A stretch of DNA of 63,136 nucleotides, from NCBI GenBank assembly GCA_964630755.1, contig CAZVYS010000003.1:1-63136 (forward strand), in the 5' to 3' direction. Shown here in pieces: positions 46,259 through 55,002 of this stretch. Each line of letters opens with the position of its first letter. The stretch's first letter is position 1. This DNA is from an uncultured Pseudomonadales bacterium. Lineage in GTDB: Bacteria; Patescibacteriota; Microgenomatia; UBA1400; CG1-02-47-37. The notes below the pieces were generated by a model. The model searched no databases and was not told where the DNA came from. It worked only from the letters and a program-made list of their open reading frames with translations. A program made the position numbers and the translations under genes.

Positions 46259-46454
46259 TAACTCCTTTTATGGCTTTTCTCATAATCAAAGCCTCTTTTT
46301 TAGATATTTTCTCTACCGCCAAATCATGTTGGCATACTAGATAATCCCCTATCTTTACCTCATCTGTCAAGACTTTTTTCACCACTCTGCCACCCTCCAT
46401 TGTTAATTTGTCTTTATTTATCTTTTCTATCTTAAGTGGCACCGCAAAACACAT
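46239..46454 (-). CDS. hypC: hydrogenase assembly chaperone HypC/HupF
   Basis: The MCFAVPLKI N-terminus (essential Cys2) and the 71-aa size. Confidence 0.85.
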   Translation of the reverse strand: MCFAVPLKIEKINKDKLTMEGGRVVKKVLTDEVKIGDYLVCQHDLAVEKISKKEALIMRKAIKGVNDEIRS

Positions 46455-46470
46455 TAACTCATTTTATCAA

Positions 46471-47130
46471 TTACCCTAAGGCTTGCCTATACTTTTCCTC
46501 AACCTTCATCCAATCTACCACTTTCCAAAAATTCTTAACATACTCATCTCGCTTATTCTGATATTTCAAGTAATACGCATGCTCCCAAACATCCAAACCC
46601 AGAATCGGCTTAAACTCTACTCCTTTTCCACACTGACAATCTCCACATCCACAACCCCCTGAAAACATCAGCGGATTATCTTGATTTTGAGTCTTACAGA
46701 TCTTAATTTTCCCATCCTCAACCCCCATCCAAACCCAACCTGACCCAAACACACTCATCGCCGCCTTGCTAAACTCTTCAATCACTTGCTTTCCTCCTCC
46801 AAAATCTCTTTTGACTGCTTCTTTTAATAAACTCTTGTGATCACCTTTAGGCAATCCTTTAGGCGGACCAATCACTTCCCAAAAAAGTGAATGATTATAA
46901 TGTCCTCCGCCATTATTTCGAACCGCCGGCACCATCTCTTCTGGTAACTTGTCTAAGTTTTTCAGTAACCACTCCAACTCTTTTTTTTCATATTTTGTAC
47001 CCTTAAGAGCTACATTCAATTTATTTACATAGCCCTGATGATGCTTAGTGTGATGAATTTTCATCGTCTTAGCATCTATATACGGCTCCAAAGCCGAGTA
47101 TTCATAATCTAATTTAGGTAGTTTGTGCAT
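46471..47130 (-). CDS. Fe/Mn superoxide dismutase with Cys-rich insertion
   Basis: LPKLDYEYSALEPYID, HHTKHH and DVWEHAYY. Start taken at MHKLPKL. Confidence 0.9.
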   Translation of the reverse strand: MHKLPKLDYEYSALEPYIDAKTMKIHHTKHHQGYVNKLNVALKGTKYEKKELEWLLKNLDKLPEEMVPAVRNNGGGHYNHSLFWEVIGPPKGLPKGDHKSLLKEAVKRDFGGGKQVIEEFSKAAMSVFGSGWVWMGVEDGKIKICKTQNQDNPLMFSGGCGCGDCQCGKGVEFKPILGLDVWEHAYYLKYQNKRDEYVKNFWKVVDWMKVEEKYRQALG

Positions 47131-47172
47131 ATTTTCCTCCTGGAAAATCAAGATCTGCTCTTGTAGCTGTAG

Positions 47173-48144
47173 CTACGAGGCCGGACCTTCAATAATTTTA
47201 TAAACTTCAGTTTCTGGATGAAAAGCTGCCCAGGCAAACCAAAATAGCCTAATTGGAACAATCTCTTCACTAGTATCTAACCTGGTCACTCTTACTTTCC
47301 CCGACTCCATTCTTTCTAAATTAATCTCCGCCCCACTAACTTCGTCTTCAATCTTTATTAAGTTTTCTATATCCTCTTCTTTATATGCCTTTGCAACCCC
47401 GTTAATTTCCACTCCATATACTACCGTCTTAATCTGCATACTCTTATCTAAGTTTTCTACCCCAAAATATAGTTCACCGTTTTCTTCATAAGCTCCATAA
47501 GGATATTGATCATAATCTCTTTTAAATCCAGTTTCTCTAGACAACACCTCTGTTTCTGGGCGTGCCTTTTTCCACTCCCCCCATGTTGTTGTAATAATCG
47601 GTATCTGCTCCAACACCTGGCCTTTAGCTTTTCCAATAATCGCTTCTCCAGTAATCTGCTGCCAATAGCTATCCGTCAATCTATCATACATCACCAAATC
47701 ACTATTATGCAGTTTCCCAGACACTCCAAACTCACTTTCCTGACCATTCACCATCCGCTTAAATCCCACTGCCGATCCACAAAGCGGACAAAAAGTTATC
47801 GCCACCGGCTCACCAGATATTTCATCATTCACAATCTCATGCCAATTCATCACTCTTTGCGCATAAGCTCTTTGAACCCCCATATAATCCACTCCAAACA
47901 CCCTATCTCCATCTTTCAACCATTTACTTGATTCTTCAACTGACTCAAACACCGGCGAATCAATCGACGGAATACAATCTTTTCCTCCCAAACAACCTTG
48001 ATCTAGATCATCAACTGTCAACTCATCTCCTGTTGATAAAACCGCAATCTTCCCCTGTTCAACATTACCTTTAATTCTATTACTAAAACTCCACCAACCA
48101 CCCCAAACTACTAATCCTAATATTAAAAACCAACTCCATCTCAT
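47173..48144 (-). CDS. DUF3179 domain protein, membrane anchored
   Basis: ITFCPLCGSAVGF motif characteristic of DUF3179. Confidence 0.7.
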   Translation of the reverse strand: MRWSWFLILGLVVWGGWWSFSNRIKGNVEQGKIAVLSTGDELTVDDLDQGCLGGKDCIPSIDSPVFESVEESSKWLKDGDRVFGVDYMGVQRAYAQRVMNWHEIVNDEISGEPVAITFCPLCGSAVGFKRMVNGQESEFGVSGKLHNSDLVMYDRLTDSYWQQITGEAIIGKAKGQVLEQIPIITTTWGEWKKARPETEVLSRETGFKRDYDQYPYGAYEENGELYFGVENLDKSMQIKTVVYGVEINGVAKAYKEEDIENLIKIEDEVSGAEINLERMESGKVRVTRLDTSEEIVPIRLFWFAWAAFHPETEVYKIIEGPAS

Positions 48145-48145
48145 C

Positions 48146-48580
48146 TTAAATCAACTGCTGTTTAATTGTCTCAACTCCCCCGCCTACCCACTTCTTAAGC
48201 TCCTCACCATTCTCATCCACCTGCACTAAAGTATGTTGAATAATTACCTTGTATTTTTTCTTTAGCTCTTTTTCTTTATCATAATTAAGCTTCAATACTG
48301 TCACATCTTCAGGCAACTCGCCTGTCTCGTTAATTAGCTCTTTATCAAGTGCCGAGCAAGTCGAGCACCAGTTAGCCTTAAAAAACAACACCGCTCTGCC
48401 ATTCTCACTGGCATTTGCTAAAGCCAGCTCTGAATAATCAACATAACTTTCTTGCCCGATTTCTTCTACTAACTCAGGAGTCGACGGCTTAACTAGAGAG
48501 ATTTTATTCGGCCGAGTTAAACCAACCGCCAACCCAACCACTATCACTAATATTGCAGCTAAGATAAAAATATTCTTCAT
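48146..48580 (-). CDS. membrane-anchored thioredoxin-like protein
   Basis: N-terminal TM helix and WCSTC (CxxC) active site. Confidence 0.8.
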   Translation of the reverse strand: MKNIFILAAILVIVVGLAVGLTRPNKISLVKPSTPELVEEIGQESYVDYSELALANASENGRAVLFFKANWCSTCSALDKELINETGELPEDVTVLKLNYDKEKELKKKYKVIIQHTLVQVDENGEELKKWVGGGVETIKQQLI

Positions 48581-48645
48581 ACTCCCCCCTAGTATTTAAC
48601 AATAACCTAAACTATCACTCTAACTCCCACCTGTCAAGTAGGAGT

Positions 48646-49512
48646 TTACAACTCAATCTCGATTTTATACAACTGTAAATCTTTACCCCCAAGCTCATAC
48701 TTATATCGCTCCCCTCCTCTTAAGAAATCATACTTTTTCTTTCCTTCTTTAATCGCCTTTTTTATCTTGTAAGACTTCAGTAAAAGACCCACGCTATAAT
48801 AGCTATACTCAGGGTTATAGCCTGAGTTATATAGCCACACCTCTTCCTCGCTCTCAAAACACATCACGCTAGCCACCACCTTTTTCTCTAGCTTTAAAAA
48901 GCAAAGATTTGACCACCAACCATCAATCTGCATGGTTTTAACATCCCAAAAAAAAGCTTTCATTTTATCTGACATAAACTTATTTTTACCAGGATCAGAA
49001 AGTTTATGTAGTCTCACAAACTCTTCAAAATCCCTTTCTACTGTTTCTTTTGTACATTGATAAAATTTATTTTGGTCTTCAAGCCTTTTTATTTTCCTTT
49101 TTAGCTCTTTTCTGTGTTTTCTCTCCAAACTATCAAGATACTCATTCCAAGTTTTAGGTAAATCAATATACAGCGCCACCTCTTGTTCCTGAACCTTCAA
49201 GGTCTGTCCTTGAAGGTCTTTTAAGGCCTTAATCGTCTCTGAATCTTCCCGAACATAGTCAAGTTGCAGTCTTTTCAACCCTTTTCCCTTCATCTCTTTA
49301 ACTACTTCTTCCCAGGCTTGCCTTTTATCTTTAGCCACAATGTCTCCATAATCTGTCACCTCTTCTTTGCCCAGAACCGGCTTCATCCCCAAAAATACTA
49401 CCTTATCACCCACTATCTCAAAACTACCATAGTTTGTTTTAATAACATCTTTGCTATCACAAAAATGTTTGGCAAACACTTCCTGATACTCTCTGGTTTG
49501 AAACAAACTCAT
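48646..49512 (-). CDS. GNAT-like acetyltransferase (CelD/BioF2-like family)
   Basis: 288 aa. The C-terminal half ...YNSGYNPEY..YSVGLLL...YDFLRGGERYKYELG is typical of that family. Confidence 0.6.
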   Translation of the reverse strand: MSLFQTREYQEVFAKHFCDSKDVIKTNYGSFEIVGDKVVFLGMKPVLGKEEVTDYGDIVAKDKRQAWEEVVKEMKGKGLKRLQLDYVREDSETIKALKDLQGQTLKVQEQEVALYIDLPKTWNEYLDSLERKHRKELKRKIKRLEDQNKFYQCTKETVERDFEEFVRLHKLSDPGKNKFMSDKMKAFFWDVKTMQIDGWWSNLCFLKLEKKVVASVMCFESEEEVWLYNSGYNPEYSYYSVGLLLKSYKIKKAIKEGKKKYDFLRGGERYKYELGGKDLQLYKIEIEL

Positions 49513-49513
49513 C

Positions 49514-49948
49514 TTAGTATATTATCTTGTCGCCTATTTTAACTTTATTTCTTTTCACCCACCCTCTATTCACTTCTAAAACCTTATCAACCGATACTTT
49601 CGGCTTCACTGTCACTGGTGACTCATCTTCTTTTGGAGCCATTATCTCCTCTATTATTTCAACCACTTTTCCGTCTTTGATAAACACAAAATCTAGATCA
49701 ATTTTCATCTCTTTCATCCAAAATGAATATCTGTTAGCCACCGGAAACACAAACAGCATCCCTTCGTCATTCTCAAGTTTATTAAAACCAGACAACCCTT
49801 GTCTTCGCCCCTCCACCGTATCTCGAACCATCACCTTAACTTCAATATCTCCAACCTTAATCTTAGTTAGTCCACTCTTTACTTGACTCTGTTTAAATAA
49901 ATAAAACCCGAATAATAATATTCCCAAAACTACTAATACTTTATTCAT
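49514..49948 (-). CDS. DUF192 domain protein
   Basis: GLSGF..L...GMLFVF....FWMK.M...LD..F pattern. Confidence 0.7.
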   Translation of the reverse strand: MNKVLVVLGILLFGFYLFKQSQVKSGLTKIKVGDIEVKVMVRDTVEGRRQGLSGFNKLENDEGMLFVFPVANRYSFWMKEMKIDLDFVFIKDGKVVEIIEEIMAPKEDESPVTVKPKVSVDKVLEVNRGWVKRNKVKIGDKIIY

Positions 49949-49958
49949 CCTCTTATTC

Positions 49959-50032
49959 TATCAATTGCTTTGAGGGGTGAATACCCCTCAATCAATAAAT
50001 TCTTTGCAAGATTTACCCGGCGAATGACGGGA
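49959..50032 (+). repeat. GAAT-loop double-hairpin repeat, copy L
   Basis: tatcaattgc-TTTGAGGGGT gaat ACCCCTCAA-tcaataaattctttgcaagattta-CCCGGC gaat GACGGG (one stem mismatch). Confidence 0.85.
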
Positions 50033-50075
50033 CACAGCGAACTAGGCGGCTAGCCACGCCTAGACTCGCTTGTGT

Positions 50076-50540
50076 TTATCGACTCCTGCCTGGTCTTCTT
50101 CTGCCTGGGCCTTTTTTCGGCCCCATAAACTGATGCAAGGCTTCAAGGTCAATCCCTTGCTCATCAAACCAAGATTGCATTTCTTCCCTATGAGCTTCTC
50201 TTTGAACTTCTCGCTCTTCTTTACTTAAATCTCTAAACTCACCTTTATCAGGCTTCATTTCTTCTCTCTTAGCCTCTAAGGCTTGTTTCTGCTCTTCAGT
50301 GATTACTCCATCACTAACTGCTTGATCAAGCTTCTCATCATGCTTTGCTTGCCTCTCTTCTTTACGCTCAGTTCGATTTTCATCAAACACAGCCTTGACT
50401 TCATCTTCGTTTAAACCAAACCGTTCTACCAACTTTTGTACAATTGGCGGATAATCTCTAGTTTCATCTGCTTTTACAGCAGTTGTCCCCAAAACTAATA
50501 CCCCCGCTGCCAAAAATGTAATTAAAATTAATTTTTTCAT
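50076..50540 (-). CDS. secreted Glu/Lys-rich hypothetical protein
   Basis: Signal-peptide-like N-terminus, highly charged helical body and an Arg/Pro-rich C-terminus. SD GGAGGTGAG. Confidence 0.6.
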   Translation of the reverse strand: MKKLILITFLAAGVLVLGTTAVKADETRDYPPIVQKLVERFGLNEDEVKAVFDENRTERKEERQAKHDEKLDQAVSDGVITEEQKQALEAKREEMKPDKGEFRDLSKEEREVQREAHREEMQSWFDEQGIDLEALHQFMGPKKGPGRRRPGRSR

Positions 50541-50607
50541 TTACTCTCACCTCCCTTAAATATGGCTGCAGTTGTTCCGTAACTTCGTCGTAGTTCGGAA
50601 CCTGCTC
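50541..50607 (-). promoter_or_regulatory. conserved 5' leader hairpin motif, copy 2
   Basis: Minus strand: GAGCAG-GTTCCGAACT-acgacga-AGTTaCGGAAC-aa-CTGCAGC-catatttaagGGAGGTGAGagtaaATG. Confidence 0.6.
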
Positions 50608-50647
50608 TTTATTACTATCTACCCTTAATACAACTCACCTAAATCTT

Positions 50648-51268
50648 TTATTTCACTCTTCTCAAACCAGGTTTTCTTGCTCCTGGTCTTGGCGGCGGAC
50701 TCATTTTTCGTAAATTATTTAACATCTCTTCTCTACCCTCAAACCTAGTTTCGTAAATTGGTTTTAACTGCCTAGTTTTTTCTAACCTTTCGTTTACCCC
50801 AACTTTGTCAACAAAGTATCCTAATCCCATCACTGTTATCACCGCTCCTAGAATCAACCATCCCATCCCCACTTTATAAGCTTTATCATATTTTTTAAGC
50901 ATCCATGAACCGCTCCAAAAAGAAAGAAGTGCCAACCCAACCACTTTCCATGGAAAAGATCTCACAAAAAACCTTAAACCAAGTTTACCCAATCCTAAAT
51001 ACGCTACTGCCCCTCCCATTCTTAACTTAAAAAAGACAGCTCCCGTCAAAAAGACTGTCAACACTAACACTCCCACTACCCCTGCTCCTAATAACATTGA
51101 ACCCAACACAAAATATGCCCGAGGTCGCATCTTTACCTCACGGCTTTTAATTTGCTTCATTACTACTCTGGTGGTTTTACTTATTTTTTTATTCATATTA
51201 ATATAGTCTTTAAAATTTATAAATGCAGTCAACCTTTTTTCTGGAACGTTCGCAGTTTCAATTTGCAT
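50648..51268 (-). CDS. multi-pass membrane protein, possible anti-sigma partner
   Basis: 4 predicted TM helices, located downstream of the ECF sigma gene. Start uncertain (51268 or 51196). Confidence 0.5.
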   Translation of the reverse strand: MQIETANVPEKRLTAFINFKDYINMNKKISKTTRVVMKQIKSREVKMRPRAYFVLGSMLLGAGVVGVLVLTVFLTGAVFFKLRMGGAVAYLGLGKLGLRFFVRSFPWKVVGLALLSFWSGSWMLKKYDKAYKVGMGWLILGAVITVMGLGYFVDKVGVNERLEKTRQLKPIYETRFEGREEMLNNLRKMSPPPRPGARKPGLRRVK

Positions 51269-51380
51269 GGTTCCGATAAAATCGGAAAATTGAAACGAGA
51301 TAGAACGACTCTGATCGCTGGATCAAAGAACGTGATTCCTGAAAAAACTGGTTGAGGAAATTTAATTTCAAAGACTCCTC

Positions 51381-51926
51381 TCATATATTACAAATCTCCT
51401 TTAACTTTTCTTTCCCGCGCTTCAAGCGAATTCCCACCGTTCCCATTGGAATCTTTAAAATCTCACTCATTTCTTCATAACTCTTATCCTCAAGATAATA
51501 CAAAGATAGCACCGACCTATACTTAATAGAAAGCTTCTTTAAGCTTTTTCTAACCATCTCTTTTTCCTCTTTTTGCACATATTCTGCCTCAATATTCACC
51601 TTGCCCGGCAAAACTTCTTTTAACCAATTATTAACATCTAAACTTATTGGCCTCTTTTTCTTTACCTTATTCATTGCCTCGTTGTGCGCAATCCGATAAA
51701 CCCAACTTGACCATTTCCCTTTCTTTTCATTAAAACTCTTAAGATTCACAAACGCCTTAATAAAAGCTTCCTGCACCACCTCATCCGCCTCCTTGTCCCC
51801 AATCAAATACCTCACATATCTTTTTAACTTCTCTTCATATCTTCTCACTAACTCCGAATAAATCTCTTGATCTTCAATCACTTTATGCACGATTACTTCA
51901 TCGCTTAAACCACTCAAGCTTTCCAT
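51381..51926 (-). CDS. ECF-type sigma-70 family RNA polymerase sigma factor
   Basis: Region 2 (DEVVQEAFIKAF...WVYRIAHNEA) and region 4 HTH (SYEEMSEILKIPMGTVGIRLKRGKEKL). Confidence 0.88.
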   Translation of the reverse strand: MESLSGLSDEVIVHKVIEDQEIYSELVRRYEEKLKRYVRYLIGDKEADEVVQEAFIKAFVNLKSFNEKKGKWSSWVYRIAHNEAMNKVKKKRPISLDVNNWLKEVLPGKVNIEAEYVQKEEKEMVRKSLKKLSIKYRSVLSLYYLEDKSYEEMSEILKIPMGTVGIRLKRGKEKLKEICNI

Positions 51927-51935
51927 ATACTATTA

Positions 51936-52790
51936 TTACTTAACTAACTGCCTAATTATTTCAACATAATCATTCTTATTAATCCTAGCTGGCTCAAAAG
52001 GAGTTTCAGCATCTTTGGCATTATCTACTAACATTGCTTTTCCTTTTCCATCCCAGTTTCCTTTTTTTATCATCTCAACATATGGTTTTACAAACTCCTC
52101 ATATCCCTTCTTCACGGTATTCTTAATTTGCTCTCTACACTGCTCTTCTGTTCTGCCTCTTTCTCTTACATCTCGCTTTATTCGTCTTCTCACACACACC
52201 TTAAACTCAGCCTCAATTCCAATCGCTAAATCAGCTACCTGGCGTAATTCATGAGCCACCATAATTCCCGACACCATAATTATCGGCTTAGGCCTTAATC
52301 GCTGACACTCCCCCTTCATCCGACTATGTGTTGAAAAATCATAAACCGGTACATTAACTTCATAACCTTCTTTCAAGCTTTCTAAATGCCATTTTAATAA
52401 ATCCCAGTCTACCGAATTAACATGATCATAATTATTAATAAAAATAGTTCTCCCTTCGTCAACTCCCAAGGGGCCATAATACCAATCAGATGCTATATGA
52501 ACCACTTCATCTTTTAATTCTGCTTCAATTGTCTCGGTCACTACATCTTTGCCTGATCCACTCGGCCCAAACACCATTACTGCTTTTGACTTAATATCAA
52601 GGCTAGATTTCTCTTTTCTTTCTCTTAAATACTCCCACTCCTTCTTCTTTCTATTCCAATCTAAGTATTTCTTAGCTTCCTTACTTTCTACCTCAATCAC
52701 CACTGGCTCTTTCACTTCTCCTAAAACCATCCAGTCATCCATCTTAACAGTCTTTGGAAACTTGGGTTTCATACACCATTTATACCACAC
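51936..52790 (-). CDS. udk: uridine kinase-like protein with N-terminal extension
   Basis: P-loop FGPSGSGKD, NYDHVNSVDW, VPVYDFSTHSR and RDVRERGR, matching Udk landmarks. Confidence 0.75.
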   Translation of the reverse strand: MWYKWCMKPKFPKTVKMDDWMVLGEVKEPVVIEVESKEAKKYLDWNRKKKEWEYLRERKEKSSLDIKSKAVMVFGPSGSGKDVVTETIEAELKDEVVHIASDWYYGPLGVDEGRTIFINNYDHVNSVDWDLLKWHLESLKEGYEVNVPVYDFSTHSRMKGECQRLRPKPIIMVSGIMVAHELRQVADLAIGIEAEFKVCVRRRIKRDVRERGRTEEQCREQIKNTVKKGYEEFVKPYVEMIKKGNWDGKGKAMLVDNAKDAETPFEPARINKNDYVEIIRQLVK

Positions 52791-52831
52791 CTTATAGAAA
52801 AATCTTCTTTATTCTGATAACATACTCATCC

Positions 52832-53344
52832 ATGTCAGTCTTAACTCAATCAGCCCTCTTAAAAGAAATCAAAGCTAAACGTATTAAAATTAATCCATTT
52901 AACCCTAATCAGGTCGGTCCAGGCTCCATCGATTTTCATCTAGACAAAGCTTTTAGGATTTTTAAACAAGCCAAAGAACTCTTTCATGTCAAAGACAAAA
53001 TTGACTATCAATCTGTTTCTGAAACTATTGATGTTGACGACTACCTTACTCTTCTTCCTGGCCAATCTGCTCACGGCATTACTATCGAATCGCTCTCTTT
53101 ACCAAATAACATCTGTGGCTGGATTCAAGGCCGTAGTACCTTGGCTCGTGTTGGCTTAATGGTCCATATTACCGCTAACTTTATTCATCCCGGAACCACT
53201 GGTAAGCAAGTATTAGAAATGACTAACTCCGGCCCCATGCCCCTAGCTATACATCCTGGGATTTCTATCTGTCAAATCATTCTCGAAGACACCCGAGGCA
53301 AAGCTCAATATAAAGGCACTTTTCACAACCAACAAAGTCCCTGA
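52832..53344 (+). CDS. dcd: dCTP deaminase
   Basis: QVGPGSIDFHL, GWIQGRSTLARVGL and GQVLEMTN motifs. Start at MSVLTQ. Confidence 0.85.
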   Translation: MSVLTQSALLKEIKAKRIKINPFNPNQVGPGSIDFHLDKAFRIFKQAKELFHVKDKIDYQSVSETIDVDDYLTLLPGQSAHGITIESLSLPNNICGWIQGRSTLARVGLMVHITANFIHPGTTGKQVLEMTNSGPMPLAIHPGISICQIILEDTRGKAQYKGTFHNQQSP

Positions 53345-53353
53345 AAATTCCTA

Positions 53354-53390
53354 AGGTTACGTAACTTCAGTAATGTTCGTAACCTTTTCA
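53354..53390 (+). terminator. hairpin plus T-run after dcd (GGTTACG family)
   Basis: AAGGTTACG-n15-CGTAACCTT followed by TTTC. It overlaps the 3' end of the convergent rmlC-like ORF. Confidence 0.45.
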
Positions 53391-53986
53391 AAACTCCCCG
53401 GAAACTTCTCCCTTAGCGCTACTGCTTGCCTATCTCTGTCTGAAATAATCATCTCTTTTTTATCCAAAGGCCACTCTATTTTTAAATCCTTGTCAAACAC
53501 ACTAATGGCGACATCACCGGCTGGATCTCTATCTTTATAAAGACGATCTACTAAATAAACATAATCAACTTTCTTGCTTATTGCACAAATCGAATTAGCC
53601 ACTCCTGGCATAATAAACAAACCCCCCTCTAAACACTCTGACTCAAAACCCAAACGAAAACTAACCACTTTTTTAAATGTTTTAGACTCAGGCCTTACAT
53701 CAGCCAATGCACAAAAGCTAACTCCACTTGTCACCATCACAAACTTCTTCCAATCTTCAGCATGCAAACCACGCACTACTTTTCTCTCAGATCGAGAATG
53801 ATTTACCTGCTTAACCACAAATGGTTCTTTAACTAACTCTTCTAGCTTGTGTATATGAGCTACTTCTGAAAAAAATCCTCGATTGTCTGAAAACTGTCGT
53901 CTTTCTATATACCACAATCCTTTAATTGGAGTCTTAAACACCCCTTCTACCACTTCAAGTTTTTTATCTGGTTGATACAATTTCAT
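53357..53986 (-). CDS. rfbC: dTDP-4-dehydrorhamnose 3,5-epimerase-like cupin
   Basis: DNRGFFSEV and VVRGLHAE motifs. Start moved to MKLYQP because the 21 upstream codons are repeat copy M. Confidence 0.75.
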   Translation of the reverse strand: MKLYQPDKKLEVVEGVFKTPIKGLWYIERRQFSDNRGFFSEVAHIHKLEELVKEPFVVKQVNHSRSERKVVRGLHAEDWKKFVMVTSGVSFCALADVRPESKTFKKVVSFRLGFESECLEGGLFIMPGVANSICAISKKVDYVYLVDRLYKDRDPAGDVAISVFDKDLKIEWPLDKKEMIISDRDRQAVALREKFPGSFEKVTNITEVT

Positions 53987-54018
53987 AATCTGTATATTAT
54001 ACAAAGTCTTTAATCCCA

Positions 54019-54087
54019 CACCAATAGCTGAATGATGAATATCATTCATCGAGTTTTTTAACCGAGTTTATCCCGCGAATGCGGGAC
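54019..54087 (+). repeat. GAAT-loop double-hairpin repeat, copy M
   Basis: caccaatagc-TGAATGAT gaat ATCATTCA-tcgagttttttaaccgagtttat-CCCGC gaat GCGGG. Confidence 0.9.
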
Positions 54088-54239
54088 CAAATCAATACCC
54101 CAAACACCACCACACTTACTACCAAAATACTCCACTCGCCCACATAATTAGGCTCATTTCCAGTCGTAATATCATCCAAAGCCAAAAAATCTAAAACCAG
54201 TAGCCCCACTACCAGTAACTTAACTAACCACTTTTTCAT
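54042..54239 (-). CDS. small two-TM membrane protein
   Basis: 65 aa with a good SD (GAAGGAG). The C-terminus is encoded by repeat copy M. Confidence 0.5.
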   Translation of the reverse strand: MKKWLVKLLVVGLLVLDFLALDDITTGNEPNYVGEWSILVVSVVVFGVLIWSRIRGINSVKKLDE

Positions 54240-54257
54240 AAAACTCCTTCTAAATAA

Positions 54258-54377
54258 TTAATATTCCCAAAAATACCCCTGATTTACTTTAGATTTTTTC
54301 CACTTAACCAGCTCAAACGCCTGTAAAAAATTCACCCCCATCCCCAGAATAATCAAACTCTGAATCAAGATCAACAT
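54258..54377 (-). CDS. possible 39-aa membrane peptide
   Basis: Hand-translated MLILIQSLIILGMGVNFLQAFELVKWKKSKVNQGYFWEY; no clear SD. Confidence 0.25.
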   Translation of the reverse strand: MLILIQSLIILGMGVNFLQAFELVKWKKSKVNQGYFWEY

Positions 54378-54396
54378 ACTTAATTCTAACCCTTAA

Positions 54397-54729
54397 TTAT
54401 TTTTTCGGCTGCTTTCGCCGTCTTTCTATCTTTTTAAGCGAATACTTCACTCGCGTATCTAAATTAATGTCCTTGATCCTCGCAAACCTAAAAATAGCCA
54501 CTAATATATCCCCCAACTCCTGCTCATAAGTCTCGTCCTTTTGAGCCGCTATATTAGTTTTCTTTCGTCCATGCCTAGCTAGATAGGCTCGAGCCATCTC
54601 ACCCAATTCCTCCACCAAGCTCAAGATCAACATCGACCCATACTCTTCTGTATACCGAACTCCCTTATCTATCTGGTCAAGTTTCTTAATATACTCCCCA
54701 AATGGAGTAGAATAAATCTTTTTTTTCAT
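54397..54729 (-). CDS. MazG-like nucleotide pyrophosphohydrolase
   Basis: EELGEMARA...ELGDILV EExxE/D motifs in a 110-aa all-helical protein. Confidence 0.75.
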   Translation of the reverse strand: MKKKIYSTPFGEYIKKLDQIDKGVRYTEEYGSMLILSLVEELGEMARAYLARHGRKKTNIAAQKDETYEQELGDILVAIFRFARIKDINLDTRVKYSLKKIERRRKQPKK

Positions 54730-54734
54730 GAGGC

Positions 54735-54989
54735 TTACTTCCTCTCCACCTTAATTGTACACTCTGTCAACAAAGCCGCCACCGCTCCAACTGCCGCAAG
54801 AGACGGAGCCAATAATGCTCCCACCACTCCAAAAGTCAAAGGCAACACTAACACTTCTTTGCCTTTTTTGTTAAGAATAGTTAACTTTCTTACATTTCCC
54901 TCTTTAACCAACTCCTTAACTCTCTTCAATAACTCTTCTCCTTTAACTTTCAATACTTCTTCAGTTCTTGGCTTTTTCTTTTTTGCCAT
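54735..54989 (-). CDS. DUF4342 domain protein
   Basis: LPLTFGVVGALLAPSLAAVGAVAALLTECTIKVER, characteristic of DUF4342. Confidence 0.7.
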   Translation of the reverse strand: MAKKKKPRTEEVLKVKGEELLKRVKELVKEGNVRKLTILNKKGKEVLVLPLTFGVVGALLAPSLAAVGAVAALLTECTIKVERK

Positions 54990-55002
54990 AAATAATTCCT
55001 TT

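Noticed and set aside
50032-50075. Long imperfect hairpin (CACAGCGAACTAGGCG...CGCCTAGACTCGCTTGTG) after the secreted-protein gene, considered as another repeat family member.
   Set aside because: It is a single occurrence with no similarity to either repeat family and no U-run. It is probably just a local 3' stem-loop.
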